The notes under the pieces are model-generated. The model made no database searches. It saw only the letters and a program-made list of their open reading frames with translations, and was not told where the DNA came from. A DNA stretch of 64,000 nucleotides, taken from Eledone cirrhosa (lineage: Eukaryota). The stretch lies in NCBI GenBank assembly GCA_964016885.1, contig OZ024762.1, forward strand, positions 1,798,001 to 1,862,000, written 5' to 3'. The position numbers and the translations under genes are program-made. Shown here piece after piece: positions 1-14,293 of this stretch. The number at the start of each line of letters is the position of its first letter. The stretch's first letter is position 1.

Positions 1-45
1 GTCAAAGAATTTAAAGCTTGATTATCAAATGGCATTACCAAAATG

Positions 46-3000
46 TTAATGGTTGCTATTAGCAACAGAAGCAGGGCCACTTTTCTGACTTAAAACTTCA
101 TCTGCTTCGGAATCTTGATTGTCTTCTGATAATAATTCAGACTGGAGAAGTCGTTCTTGTTCCTGGAAGAGAAATATGCAGGAAATGATAACACGAAGAA
201 ACAAGCTGGAGTAGGACAGAAGAAAGGAGAGACACAAAATAAGAAATCAGTCACTGAAGAGGTCATCAGAGAGACAATCCACAAGGTGGGTGACAGGTAG
301 ATGATATATAATGTCTCAGAGGACAGAGACCAGTGACCAGTGGTCATCAGAGAGACAATCCACAAGGTGGGTGACAGGTAGATGATATATAATGTCTCAG
401 AGGACAGAGACCAGTGACCAGTGGTCATCAGAGAGACAATCCACAAGGTGGGTGACAGGTAGATGATATATAATGTCTCAGAGGACAGAGACCAGTGACC
501 AGTGGTCAACAGAGGGACAATCCACAAGGTGAGTGACAGGTAGATGATATATAATGTCTCAGAGGACAGAGACCAGTGACCAGTGGTCAACAGAGAGACA
601 ATCCACAAGATGGGTGACAGGCAGATGATATATAATGTCTCAGAGGACAGAGACCAGTGACCAGTGGTCAACAGAGGGACAATCCACAAGGTGGGTGACA
701 GGTAGATGATATATAATGTCTCAGAGGACAGAGACCAGTGACCAGTGGTCAACAGAGGGACAATCCACAAGGTGGGTGACAGGTAGATGATATATAATGT
801 CTCAGAGTACAGACCAGTGACCAGTGGTCATCAGAGAGACAATCCACAAGATGGGTAACAGGCAGATGATATATAATGTCTCAGAGGACAGAGACCAGTG
901 ACCAGTGGTCAACAGAGAGACAATCCACAAGGTGGGTGACAGGCAGATGATATATAATGTCTCAGAGGACAGAGACCAGTGACCAGTGGTCAACAGAGAG
1001 ACAATCCACAAGGTGGGTGACAACTGAATGTCAATGAATAAAAAGAACTTCCAGACACTAACCAGAAGGATCTTCTCTGTCCTTTCTAATGTAGACTGGA
1101 CCTCATCTTGTTGTAGTTCTACCAAAATACTATCAAATTCTTCGTATTCCTCGGACGAGTCATTCTGGAGCCTGAAAAAAAAGCCAAAGACTATTATTTT
1201 TCCATATTTATTAGAATTCTTGAAGTGTTTCGTCCCTTTGTTCATGTTACAGTTTAGTTACATACACATACATACACATAGATACACATACATAGACAAC
1301 AGAAGTACACATACATACACACATCTACACATATATACATATACAGATACATAGACAAAAGAAGTGCACACACACACACACACACATACACACATAAATA
1401 CATAGATACATAGACAACAGAAATACACACACACACATACATACACATATATATTCATAAATAGATACATTGTACACAATAATTATTACATACGCACACA
1501 TCTATGTAATGATTGAGGAAGGAAGGAGCTGGTGAAACACTGTAGCGATGAGTGTTCCAAGATTTGCTACACTTGTGTGAGTGTAAGACATTGGTGACAT
1601 AATGGTGAGATATTGGTGACATATAGGTGAGATATTGATGACATATAGGTGAGATATTGGTGACATATAGGTGAGATATTGGTGACATATTGGTGAGATA
1701 TTGGTGAGATATTGGTGACACAATGGTGAGATACTGGTGAGATATTAGTGACATACTGGCGAGATATAGGTGAGATATTGGTGACACATTGATGACACAA
1801 TCAACACTTACCTGTTTGAGATATATCCAGTATCAGAGAGAGAGGCTGCTGGCACCAAGTCCTCGGTAAACTCGGGGCTAGTGGCTGGGTTACAGCTAAG
1901 GTTAATCCATTTATTTATATAATCCTTATTACACTGTGGGGGCGGTGTCAACAGAAATTGTCTGTCATTGTCATCACTCATTACAGGTATGTTGTAACAT
2001 TGTGGCACCTGTGTTGCTGTGCAGTCTTGCAAGCTGGTCGCGTTTAACCGAGGTTCTAAGTCCTTCAAGTTGGTAGTACGGATGCTGCTGTAGTCATCGT
2101 GATGTGGTGCTGTGTCATCAGTAAGATCATCACCATCATCATCATCATCATCATCACAATAACCTCGTAAATTCATTAATGATTTAGAGTGTTGCTTCGT
2201 TAGTGCGTTACTTTGGTCGTTAGTTCTGTGGCTGAACTGGTTTATTTTGGTCTTTGACAGCTTCGGTCTTTTACCTTTGGTTCTATTATTGCCAGTAATG
2301 GAAGATGGAACCTTAGAAGAGCTGGACTTAATTTGGTGAAGTCTGGGTAACGAACTGTACTGCGGCTTGACACTGGTTATTGCTCCACCGATTCCATCTA
2401 AGTTAAACACTTCTCCACTACTACTTTCACTGCTTAAAATATTTTCGTGCCATGTCTTGTAACTTCTATGACTTCTGTAGCTGCTACTACTACTGCTCAT
2501 TGCTGGGTGACTATTCAAAAGATTAGAAACAATATCTAGTTTAGTATTTGATGGCATGTTACTCAAAGTCACTTCTTGAATTTGCTTTACGATAGTCTCG
2601 TGAAATATTTGATTTTTAATCAAATGGTTTGCGGAATAACAAAGGTTCGCTGTGGACTTAACCATATTCTGTGGATTGTTGCTGGCATCAAAACCATTTG
2701 TCAAAGACGATGGCACTGAAACATACTTTTTAGATTTCTTTAAGTTATTTGGTAGAATATTTTTGTTAATTTTTGACTTTGATGCTGAAGATTTTGTATA
2801 GGTTTGATGGACTGGGAAATATCTCTCGGGGGATAATATTTCACTAAATATTGGTGTGGCGTCTCCTAATCCTTCATCTTGTGATTCTAACGAAGATGTC
2901 GCTTCGGAAGAGAAAGACAGCGAGACAAAATATTCTTTGTTGGAATCATATGTTCCGTATATCCGTTGCATGGTTGTTGTGTAATCTGGCGGATCAATGG

Positions 3001-3895
3001 GATTGTATTTAATCTGGCTTTTTACATCTGGGCTCAATACATCTGTTGCATCTGTTCTGGGGTTGGTTGATATTACACCATCTGTCGTCGCTGTGACATC
3101 TGATTTGGGAACATCTGGTGTTGTGACATCTGTTGCTGTGACTTCTGTTTTGGTGACATCTGCTGCTGTGACTTCTGTCTTGGTGACATCTGTTTTGGAG
3201 ATATTTGATGTTATAACCACAGCTTTAGAAAGCTGTGGTTCCATTACAACATCTATTGGACTATTCATGGAAGATTTCTTATCTTGAAAGTTTTGTGTCT
3301 TTGGAACAACTTTTGGAAGTTCTGAAAATTCCAAAGATTTTCTCCCAGGAATGTCATTGACAATTTCATCTTTGCCCTTCATCAGGGCTTCCTTCCATTT
3401 TAGAGCCAGCTTTAATTCAGACCCCCTAAAGATGGATTTCTGAAGTAACTTCAATAAAACCTGAATCCTGGATCAAGGAAAGAAAGCAAAAAGCAACATT
3501 AAAAAAAAAAAAATTAAAGATTGAAAATTAATTATAAATAAATATAGAATAAGTTATTAAATAAATGAAAATATGTCACATGAAGCACACACTATTACCT
3601 CAGCTTCCATCACATATATATCATCATCATCATTTAACATCTATCTTCCACACTAGCATGAGGCAAGTTTGGTTGGGTGACCATGTCTAGCTCGTATAGG
3701 ACTGTTTTACATGTGTGTATATATATATATCTATATTTCTATATATATATATTTCATACAGAAATAGCTTCTACAGGACTAGAACTGTTCTATTCTGGAG
3801 AAATCATCAGGAAAGCTTTCTATATTAAATATTTATACTCTTATGTATTGAATACCTGACTTACTGTGGTTACCCCCGTTTGAACTTGGGATCAA

Positions 3896-3928
<33 letters not shown>

Positions 3929-6900
3929 TTCATCATCATCATTTCATTTTACGTCTGCTTTTTCCCTGCTTGCAAGGGTGGGACGGGAACTGATTCTGGC
4001 TTGATTTCTACAGCTGGATGCTTTTTTGCCATGGCACCTCCACGACCACTTTACAGTGGAATGATATGGACCCCAGTCCCTATCATCTCATTTCTACAGC
4101 TGAGTAAACTGGAGCAATGTGAAATAAAGTGTCTTGCTCAAGGAAACAACACATCACCCGGTCTGAGAATTGAACTCACAACCTTTCGATTGCAAGGCCA
4201 ATGCTCTAACCACTAAGCCATGTGCCTCCATATATATATATGTATATATATGTAAAAGAGTGTGGTACCCCAGCATAGCCACTGTCTAATGACTGAAACC
4301 AGTAGAAAAGGAATCAACCCCAGTACTTGACTGGTACTTTTTTTATCGACCATGAATGGATGAAAGGCAAAGTTGACCTCGGCAGGATTTGAACTCAGAG
4401 AGCAGAGAACCGGAACGAATACCATAAAGTATTCTATCCGACGCTCTAACGACTCTGTCACTGTTTAGAGTTGTACAAAACAGAAAAAACAAAATGAATG
4501 AGAGCCAGGATAAAATCCAGTCGAAATATTTACCTGTAAAACACCAAAGAAGATTTTGTGCGTATTTCACCTGCGATGGTTTCTGGTATGTTCTCATATA
4601 AACTACTCAGGTGTTCTTTCTTAGGACTGGGGTAACGGCTGTGAATGTTGGAGACTAAATTTGCCCAGTTTTGAGGAATTGGCATTAATTTACTGTTGCT
4701 TCTCTCAATGGAAGAAGAGGCTGATGACACTGAATACATTGAGTCAGAGGAGGAGTTGGTGTACTTCAGGGTCCTGCTTGTCTTTTTACCTCTTAACTTC
4801 TCTTTTAGAGATAATGGCAGATACAAGAGAACTTTCTGGTACCAGGAGATACACTGGAATAGAGAGATGATGATGATGATGAAAATAATAGTAATAATCA
4901 ACATCACCACTACTGCTACCACCCCCACCATCATCATCATCATCAACATTACCACCACTACCGCCGCCATCATCATCAACATCAACCCCCCCCCCCCCCC
5001 CCATCACCACAACTGCCACCACCATCGCTGCTATCAACATCATCATCAACATTACCACCATCACCACCACCACCGCCACCATTATCGTCATCACCCCACC
5101 ACCACCACCATCACCCCACCACCACCACCTCCACTGCTACCATCATCATCATCACCACACCACCACCACCACCATCATGCCCACTACTGCCACCACCACT
5201 GCTACCACCATCATCGTCACCACCCCACCACCACCACCACCATCATGCCCACTGCTACCATCATCATCACCACCCCACCACCACCATCATCGTCCCCACT
5301 ACTGCCACCACCATCATCATCATCACCCCACCACCACCACCACCATCATCCCCACTACTGCTACCACCATCATCATCATCACCCCATCACCACCACCACC
5401 ATCATCTCCACTACTGCCACCATCATCATCATCATCACCCCACCAGCACCACCACCATCATCCCCACTACTGCCACCACTACCATCCCCACTACTGCTAC
5501 CACCATCATCGTCACCACCCCACCACCACCACCACCATCATCCCCACCACTACCATCACCACCACCACCACCACCATCATCACCAACCTCACCACCACAT
5601 TTTTCCATATTTTTCCAGTCAGTTCCTCACCTTATTCAACACCAGAAACAAATGCTGTATCTCACTATATTGATGGTGAATATCTTCAAGTCTGTTTGCG
5701 AAAGTCTTCACACAAAATGTAAACTCTGATAGAAATTCAGACGTCAAAAACTGTGGATGATTCGATGGTTTGATGGCCTGAATGGTCTGTAAAATATCTG
5801 TAGCTTTCTCAACTATTTCCTACATTGAAGAGAAAAATATATATATATATATATATACACAGGGTGTCCCCCAAAAATGTATACCCAACAAAATCTATAA
5901 AAAAATGCATTAAAATAAATTCTGTTTTATATGCATTTGCCTTTCATCCTTACGGAGTCGATAAAATAAAGTACCAGTAATACACTGGATTAATTTCTGG
6001 CCTTGTGCCAAAAGTAGAAACAATTATTTAACCCCTTAGTATTTAAACCGGCCGTATCCGGCCAGAACTCTCTCACCTCTTTCTGTGTGTTGAATTTTGA
6101 CAAAAGGTTAAAGGGAGATAATAAACGAAGAAAATTCAAGGGAGATAATAAAAGAATGAAATTAAAAGCAGGAACAAAAAAATAAAGAGTGACGGGAAGC
6201 AGACTCGTACACCCAATCTGTTCAATCCTACAACACAAAAAGGGGCGCTAGAGGTTTCCCCTCTAATGATTGTTTAGGCAAGATAATACATTCACAGCAT
6301 CGTAACAGTGTAACTAGATAGGGAGAGAGCTAATGTCGAGGGTGCTCGTGTCGCAGTTGTTTTGACAACACAGGTTACAAATTTTGTGATTTTTACAGAT
6401 GAGGAATCTAGATAAGAAACACAGAAGGGCAGTACCAGATTTACCATTGAATTTAAATACTGGGCCCCGTGCCGGGAATTGGGTGGCATCTTCCTGGCAA
6501 AATTTTTTTTATGATGAATTTTTCACATGTTTTAGGTCTCATAACTTAACTAGTACATACCCTCATAACTTAACTAATACAGGGCCTCATAACTTAACTA
6601 GTACAGGATCCCATAAGTTTACTAATACAGTGCCCCATAACTTAACTAGTACAGTGCCTCATAACTTAACTAGTACAGGGTATAACTTAACTAGTACAGG
6701 GCTTCATAACTTAACTAGTACAGGGCCTCATAACTTAACTAGTACAGGACCTCATAACTTGACTAATACAGGGCCTCATAACTTAACTAGTACAGGGTAT
6801 AACTTAACTAGTACAGGGCCTCATTTATCCCAAATCTGGCACTGCAGAAAAGGAATTTGTATAGAAAACAGTAAATACAGAGTAATGTAAATGCTAAAGG

Positions 6901-7511
6901 GTTAAAAAAAAAGTCTTATCTATGAAGCAAATATTTTGACAGTTTAATAAAAAAGTGTTTTTTCTTACTTTAGCTGGTGTATACAATGATGACTGGAAAT
7001 GGTTAAAACATGCATCGACTTCGGAGTGAGATCGACAGGGTTTTATATGTTGTTCCATTAATTCCTCATATTTCTTTATTTCATCACAAAGCTGTAATAT
7101 AATAAACATAACGCTGCATTAAAATAATGAAAATAGTTAAAGGGGGAATAAAGTCACTACATTAAAAGATTATTATATATATAAATATATATATATAATA
7201 TAATTGAATATAAAAGAAAGATAAACACAGATATATACATATATGTGTTCAAATCTTAAGGCACCAGATTTGCTAGGGTGAAAAAATTATGAACAATAGG
7301 GTTTGCCAGGTTCAATTTAAGAATAAATTAAGAAAATAAATACAAACCGATATTGGGGTAACTACCAGACACCCAGACACTGTTTCGCAGTTTTAGTGAA
7401 GAGAATTACCAATGTACGGCTTGGAAAAATCTCTTTCCTTGAGCTATTTAATTGTAAGAGACTATTTTGAGTTTCTAACTCAATATACACCTTTGATATA
7501 TATATATATAT

Positions 7512-7549
<38 letters not shown>

Positions 7550-8000
7550 AAAGTTATATTTAAAATTGTTGGGTTACAACTAGTAAATATTTATAGCTGA
7601 TATAAAAGCACTCGACAAATATTTGGAGTATATTTACAATATTAAATAAATGGAAACTATATTTATAAAACCATATTTATTTCATTATATATATTTCGGG
7701 GATATCATATTAACAATATGCTATGCCTTCCTCAGACAAAATACAATATAAACAGTTTTATAGATAAATAGATTCGACATACCGTTATAACACCGACTTC
7801 CATTTGAAGAGGTTTAAGCTTAAACCTCTTCAAATGGAAGTCGGTGTTATAACGGTATGTCGAATCTATTTATCTATAAAACTGTTTATATTGTATTTTG
7901 TCTGAGGAAGGCATAGCATATTGTTAATATGATATCCCCGAAATATATATAATGAAATAAATATGGTTTTATAAATATAGTTTCCATTTATTTAATATTG

Positions 8001-8047
<47 letters not shown>

Positions 8048-11000
8048 GCATGTGTGGTGAGGAGGATAAGGAAAAGGAGAAGAAGAAGAAGAAGAGAAAG
8101 GAAGAGAAAGAAACAGAAGAGGAGAAGGAAGAAGATAAGAAAGGACCAGAATTCACCTGGGTCGCGTCCTGCTGACATTGGTCAATCTGAAGAATATGTT
8201 GTAGCTGGTCATTTATTTCCTGCCAAATTCTTGACATCGTCTTTTTACTGTGGACAAAATAAGTGTGAAGTCGATAAAGTTCGGCTTTGTTTGACACCAG
8301 AATTGGTGCCGCCATTAGAGACAGAACCGAATCTATTTCAGGATGTTCCAAGGAAGCCATTGTCTTTTTGCATTCATCTATAATGGTTTCCATGTTTAGG
8401 TTCCTGCAAATTGATAATAAGATATATATATATATATATATACCATGAAAATATAATAGTATATATATGTCTGTATAGTCCGATAACTAATGATAGAGTC
8501 GTAGGCATGCTGTGTTGACGTACAGCGTTTCTTAGCCATTTTTAAGCCTGTTGGAGCCCACCCCTCTCCAGGCCTGGGTACAGCAGATTTCTTCCAGAGA
8601 AAGATAGAAAGTGAGAGAGAGGAAATGAGAAAGAGATATCGAGGAAGAATCAACCCCAGTATTAGACTGGTACTTTTTTTATTGACCTTGGCAGGATTTG
8701 AACTCAGAGAGCTGGAATGAATACCATAAAGCCTTTACTGTGAAAATACAATAGTATATATAGAGTAATGTAAATGTTATGTGAGGTATTATGTGAGGTA
8801 AAGCCTTTACTGTGAAAATACAATAGTATATATAGAGTAATGTAAATGTTATGTGAGGTATTATGGGAGGTAAAGCCTTTACTGTGAAAATACAATAGTA
8901 TATATAGAGTAATGTAAATGTTATGTGAGGTATTATGTGAGGTAAAGCTTTTACTGTGAAAATACAATAGTATATATAGAGTAATGTAAATGTTATGTGA
9001 GGTATTATGGGAGGTAAAGCCTTTACTGTGACAATACAATAGTATATATAGAGTAATGTAAATGTTATGTGAGGTAAAGCCTTTACTATGAAAATACAAT
9101 AGTATATATTGAGTAATGGAAAAATAATGCTCAAAACTAACTTCATTATTCCATGAAATTTCTCTTCAACTTGTTGAACCATTAATGTCAGTTCCTTCAT
9201 ATCTCCATCTCTCATGTCATATTCTCTTAACAGCTGCAACTGATCTTGGGAAGTTGGGATTTTCTTTTCCAGTTCGTAGCATTTCTTTAGCAGACTTCCA
9301 ATACTCTACAACAACAGAAGACGTGTTAGAGACACCAGGGTTTAACCTTAATCTTATCGCACCATGTTACTACTGGTAATATTGTGGTAATAGCCTAAAT
9401 GTAATCTCTACTGGGTTCCCATTAACCATTTAGCATTTAAGCTGCCCATATCCGGCCAGAATTATCTCACCTCTTTCTGTTCAAACCGGCTGTAACTGGC
9501 CGCTCATATATTTTTTACAGTTACATGTAAATGTTATGTGAGATATTATGTGAGATAAAGCCTTTACTGTGAAAATACAATAGTATATATAGAGTAATGT
9601 AAATGTTATGTGAGATATTATGTGAGGTAAAGCCTTTACTGTGAAAATACAATAGTATATATAGAGTAATGTAAATGTTATGTGAGATATTATGTGAGGT
9701 AAAGCCTTTACTATGAAAATACAATAGTATATATAGAGTAATGTAAATGTTATGTGAGATATTATGTGAGGTAAAGCCTTTACTGTGAAAATACAATAGT
9801 ATATATAGAGTAATGTAAATGTTATGTGAGATATTATGTGAGGTAAAGCCTTTACTGTGAAAATACAATAGTATATATAGAGTAATGTAAATGTTGTGTG
9901 AGATATTATGTGAGGTAAAGCCTTTACTGTGACAATACAATAGTATATATAGAGTAATGTAAATGTTATGTGAGATATGATGTGAGGTAAAGCCTTTACT
10001 GTGAAAATACAATAGTATATATAGAGTAATGTAAATGTTGTGTGAGGTATTATGTGAGGTAAAGCCTTTACTGTGAAAATACAATAGTATATATAGAGTA
10101 ATGTAAATGTTATGTGAGATATTATGTGAGGTAAAGCCTTTACTGTGAAAATACAATAGTATATATAGAGTAATGTAAATGTTATGTGAGGTAAAGCCTT
10201 TACTGTGAAAATACAATAGTATATATAGAGTAATGTAAATGTTGTGTGAGATATGTGAGGTAAAGCCTTTACTGTGAAAATACAATAGTATATATAGAGT
10301 AATGTAAATGATGAAGAGTTAAATTAGTAATGAAAAACACTGATTCAAAAAGAAGATAAAATACTAAAATTAGACTACTGATCAGTTGGTGCAGCGTTCA
10401 ACAACACTCCAGTGTGTCCCAATGACCCTGAAAAGGGTTAAGGGGCCACGATGACGATGATGAACCATCATTTACAATGGAAAGACATGTACTAATTTCA
10501 CACTAAATAAAAACTCACTGCACAAAATTAGCTTTAATTCCCTTACTCAAGGTAGACAACTCTGAGTAAACTGAGAGAAATTCGTCGAAATAATTAGATA
10601 GAAGTCAAAATAAGAACTAACCATTTGATAAAGAACCCAAGCTTTGTGAGAATATTTCAAAAAACCTCCATAGTCCTCTGTCAATTGAGATGGATCAATA
10701 TAGTTATAAACTTCTTTGATTTTCTCCAACCAAACGACCTGACGGGAGAGAGAGAATACAGGGAAGTTTTCTTTAAATAAATGGGTGAAGTACAATGTTG
10801 CATGGTAGGAAGACATTGTTAGAGACTGTAGAGAACAAAGTAAGGTTGGTGTGGTTCAGACATTGGTAGTGACTGTAGAGAACAAGGTAAAGTTGGTGTC
10901 ATGTGGTTTAGATATGCCATGCAGGATGTGTAATGTCAGCCTGCATGAACTACAAAGCATGGATGAGTTGGGAGAAAAACTGGGCATAAGGTGTCAGATA

Positions 11001-14000
11001 TTTTGTTCAGGAGAAGATTTTGTGGAGGAGAGAATTTTGTGGAGAAGAGAATTTTGAGCAGGTGTGGACCTGCAATACACATGGTAAATGTTCTAGAGTT
11101 TTTTTTCCCAGTGGAAGGAAGCGGCATTAGAGGAATGATAAAGAAAACCCGACCAGTCGTGTTGAAGGCCGTTCACTGAGGAAATGATGAAGGGGTTCAA
11201 TAAATAGAGAGAAGCTGTCATGAGGAAGACTCTACAAACTTATCTAACCCATAACATTTCACAAAAAATCAAAGTATATTTTTCTTTACCTTGAATAAGA
11301 TGGGGATAGTCGAAGAAAATTTTTCTTTCAAACCCAGTTGTTTCTTCAAGAGGCGCGACTTATCTTTACTCTTTGGTTTGATCAAGTAGACTATAGTGAT
11401 GCTCTCAGATGTAGTTTTCTGTGGAAGATAAAGAATATTATTTAAGAGACTGATGAAGACCAGCAAGCTTGTGGCCAACCAGGTAATGGGACCTGACCAG
11501 ATGTGAAATATACGCCTCCCTACCTCATATCTCTTTCAAACAAGATAATGGGCCCTGACCAGGTGTGAAATATAGGCCTCACTACCCCATACCTCTCTCA
11601 AACCAGGTAATGGGACCTGACCAGATGTGAAATGTAGGCCTCACTACTTCCCCCCACCAACCCTCATCTGAAGCTGGTAATAACTCCAGGCCAGATGTGT
11701 GAAATATAGCCCCCTCTCCCCACCCGATCTTACAGGTCCATACATACATACATATATATATATATTTTATCAACCCAAGGAAGATGAAAGGTAAAGTTGT
11801 CCTGTGTGGGATTTGAACTCAGAAAGTAACGATATATGACTAAATCCTACCTTACACCTGGTCCACCTCTCTCTGAAGTTTACAGACAAAAAAAACTGTA
11901 TGATTAAATAAAGACACAACAAACCTGAACAGTTTCCATGGCTTGCAACCACACCTGTATCCCTGGATGTGTCGCATGCTGCAGACAAATGAGAAGAGAC
12001 AATCCTTTCACCTGGTCGACAGGTAACAACAAGCTACAGTAATACTCAAGCAGGTGCACAAGTCTACCAGGTGTAACAGTATCAAGGAGGACAGCACTGG
12101 CTACAGGGAATGTGATGATACATCTTCCTTCTATGTCAGTGGCTCCTACAACAACAACAATAAAATATCTTTAAAAATATAACAAGAATCATACAAACAA
12201 TTAGTCTTCTTCTTCCCCCACATATTCCTGAGAGATTCTTGGGTCAGGGAGAGTCCTTAAACACTCTTTCCAGCAGGGTCCTGTCAGAAGCAACTGTCTC
12301 CAACTGATCCGCCTGGATCCCCAAACAAAACCAGCCAAGCTCATGGATGTTATCCAACCATCTTGCTTGGAGTCTACCCCTGGGTCTCCTTCCAGTTGGT
12401 TGGTTTTTCCCATAAAATCTGTCCAGTGATTCTTTCCTGAGACATTCTAACCACATGTCTGTAGTATCAGAACTGTGATCTCTCAATTAGGAGTAGTAGC
12501 AGCTCTACCTGGAGTGACTCTCTGATCTCCGAGCTACAAATCTGTCCAGAGATTCTTTCCTGGGACATTCTAACCACATGTCCATAGTATCAGAGCTGTG
12601 ATCTCTCAATTCGGAGAAGTAGCAGATCTACCTGGAATGACTCTCTGATCTCCGCTACGCACTTTAATAAAGTAACATTACTCTAAAGACCCATCAGTGG
12701 AACCCCATTTTGACTGCTTGTATTCACAATCGTATTCTTTTGGTCATTACCTAAGATTTGTAACCACAGATAAGGCTTGGCATAAATACCAAATTGAAGA
12801 TAGCGAGTTTGGCTTTTACGCCTCCCTCCCTTCTTCTGGTTGCTGGATGCTGAAGCTGGCACATTACTGCACCAGCTCCTGCAATTGTTGCATTTAATTC
12901 AGCCTCTTGCCTTCCATCATTCATTAACATGGCCCTGAGATACTCGAACTTCTCAACCTGCTTCAGTGGAACTCCATTCACATGTATATATGGCATTCAA
13001 TCCGTTGTGAGCAGATAATACCTGATAAAAATGTGTAAAACATCCTGAAATAGTTGTACCTGTTAACTGAGCAATCCCTGATTTCAGAATCTCAGAATCA
13101 ACGGCTTTATTTCCTTGAGACATTCTTCCCTGAAAAAATACAGTTTTAGATAACATTACAAAGGGTAGTAGTTCTTGTGTGGGTATATACAGTGGATCTT
13201 TGCTTATCCGGACGGTCAAAACCAAACAGTTAGAAAAAGATCCAGTTAAGTGAAATATCCGGATAAGTGAATTCTAAAATCCCATTGTTACATAATGCTC
13301 ATGGTTTCTAATGTTTTGGCTTCTTTTAGTCAAAATAAAAGACAAATGCTAAGTAAATAAAGTTTATTGGAATAACAAAAGAACAGCTAGAATTTATAAG
13401 AAAATTAATTAAACAAACATAAGAATAACTAAAAGCTTGGTAAAACTGAATTGAGTCAAACCATAAAAAGTTAGTACTTTATTAAAAATGAATAAATAGT
13501 AGTATAGAAATAGCCGTCCGGTAAATCGAATGTCAGAAAAGCGAAGATGCACTGTATTAAATTGTGCAATGAATATGTTTGATGAAATGATGCTAGTATA
13601 AAAATATTCTGTAGAGGTTAGCAAGCATACGTAAATCTATACTACTAAAACTTTGTGATTGTGTGCTTGTCTGTAATGTAATACAGCCAAAATGGTGCAT
13701 GATGGGAAAATACTTTGAAAGGAAGTTGCCCCTGAAATGGGAATACAAATGGAATAAAACAAGTTTCGCGTAAATCAGAGGCCAGGTTCCCGAGATATGG
13801 GGTTTTTCCGGGTACCTTCAGAGAGAGAGAGAGAGAGAGGGATAGTGGTTGTGAGAGAGTAGATTGAAAGAGAGACATAGAGAGAGAGAAGGAGACAGAG
13901 TAGGAAAATGGAAGAGAGAGAGAGATGGTGATGTTATTGAATGAAATTATATATACACACACATATATATGGGCCTTCCAATATCATTTTACATTATATA

Positions 14001-14293
14001 CATGTCTGGGTATATTTTAATTCTTTAAAAATTATTTTTAAAGAATATTTTTAAGTGAATGTGACCCAATGGGTAATGGGTGGTCTAGTATTTATATAAA
14101 CTTACACATGTTTAGTATATAGATGTGTAAACACGTTAAATATACATGTTTAGTATATAGATGTGTAAACACGTTAAATATACATGTTTAGTATATAGAT
14201 GTGTAAACACGTTAAATATACATGTTTCACTGTAAATAAAAAAAAAATTATAGATACCTTTAATTGATTTTCAGATCTTGTTGGGTCCTTCAT
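46..14293 (-). CDS. SEC14/CRAL-TRIO-like and spectrin-repeat-like protein (SESTD1 / Trio-Kalirin-Dbs N-terminus-like) with long low-complexity C-terminus; 13 coding exons, ~1150-1165 aa
   Basis: Exons in transcript order, all GT-AG with matching phases: 14293-14258 (optional N-terminus; second ATG at 13123), 13129-13060, 12145-11925, 11418-11290, 10738-10622, 9305-9142, 8403-8157, 7091-6969, 5819-5631, 4853-4534, 3467-1812, 1171-1063, 162-46 (TAA). Peptides LKSGIAQLTGATDIEGRCIITFP and YIDPSQLTEDYGGFLKYSHKAW match the SEC14 domain hallmarks of SESTD1/Trio/Dbs. Helical spectrin-like exons follow. Confidence 0.8.
260..1023. repeat. 81-bp minisatellite (~9 copies) in the last intron of the SEC14/spectrin gene
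   Basis: Unit gtggtcatcagagagacaatccacaaggtgggtgacaggtagatgatatataatgtctcagaggacagagaccagtgacca. Confidence 0.9.
1590..1797. repeat. 11-bp minisatellite (tggtgagatat)
   Basis: Direct tandem repeats. Confidence 0.8.
3925..4230 (-). mobile_element. SINE with tRNA-like head and RTE-like (GAT)n tail
   Basis: Minus strand ggaggcacatggcttagtggttagagc...gtgttgtttccttgagcaagacactttatttc. Related copies at 28750-29025, 39270-39530, 47935-48110, 59315-59510. Confidence 0.7.
4870..5600. repeat. (CAC/CAT)n low-complexity intronic tract
   Basis: Trinucleotide mosaic between exons 5631 and 4853. Confidence 0.85.
6537..6825. repeat. 24-bp minisatellite (cataacttaactagtacagggcct)
   Basis: About 12 tandem copies. 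Confidence 0.85.
7635..8002. repeat. ~368-bp perfect spacerless palindrome (foldback Penelope-like remnant)
   Basis: Centre TTAAG|CTTAA at 7818/7819. Arms read as exact reverse complements; flanked by (TA)n. Confidence 0.9.
7894..7959 (+). ncRNA. Hammerhead ribozyme motif (mirror copy on - strand 7678-7743)
   Basis: TATTTTGT-CTGAGGA-(long stem II containing CATATT/AATATG)-GAAA-TATATATA-ATGAAATA, inside the palindrome 7635-8002. Confidence 0.6.
8727..9118 (-). repeat. 72-bp MITE-derived minisatellite array
   Basis: Reverse complement of unit tttacattactctatatatactattgtattttcacagtaaaggctttacctcacataatatctcacataaca. Confidence 0.9.
9422..10310 (-). repeat. TTAA-MITE end plus 72-bp array (~11 copies)
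   Basis: ttaaccatttagcatttaa terminus at 9422, followed by the same 72-bp unit. Confidence 0.9.
12220..13000 (-). mobile_element. Degenerate RTE-clade LINE 3' fragment
   Basis: Reads VNGVPLKQVEKFEYL...GRQEAELNATIAGAG...KAKLAIFNLVFMPSLICG, then GRRPRGR..RWLDNI. Frameshifted. Related copies at ~36620-37060 and ~53020-53350. Confidence 0.75.

Noticed and set aside
90-1023. 226-aa repetitive ORF
   Set aside because: 81-bp intronic minisatellite between exons 1063 and 162.
4696-5722. His/Pro-rich ORFs of 325 and 181 aa on the + strand
   Set aside because: Trinucleotide repeat within an intron of the minus-strand gene, antisense to real exons.
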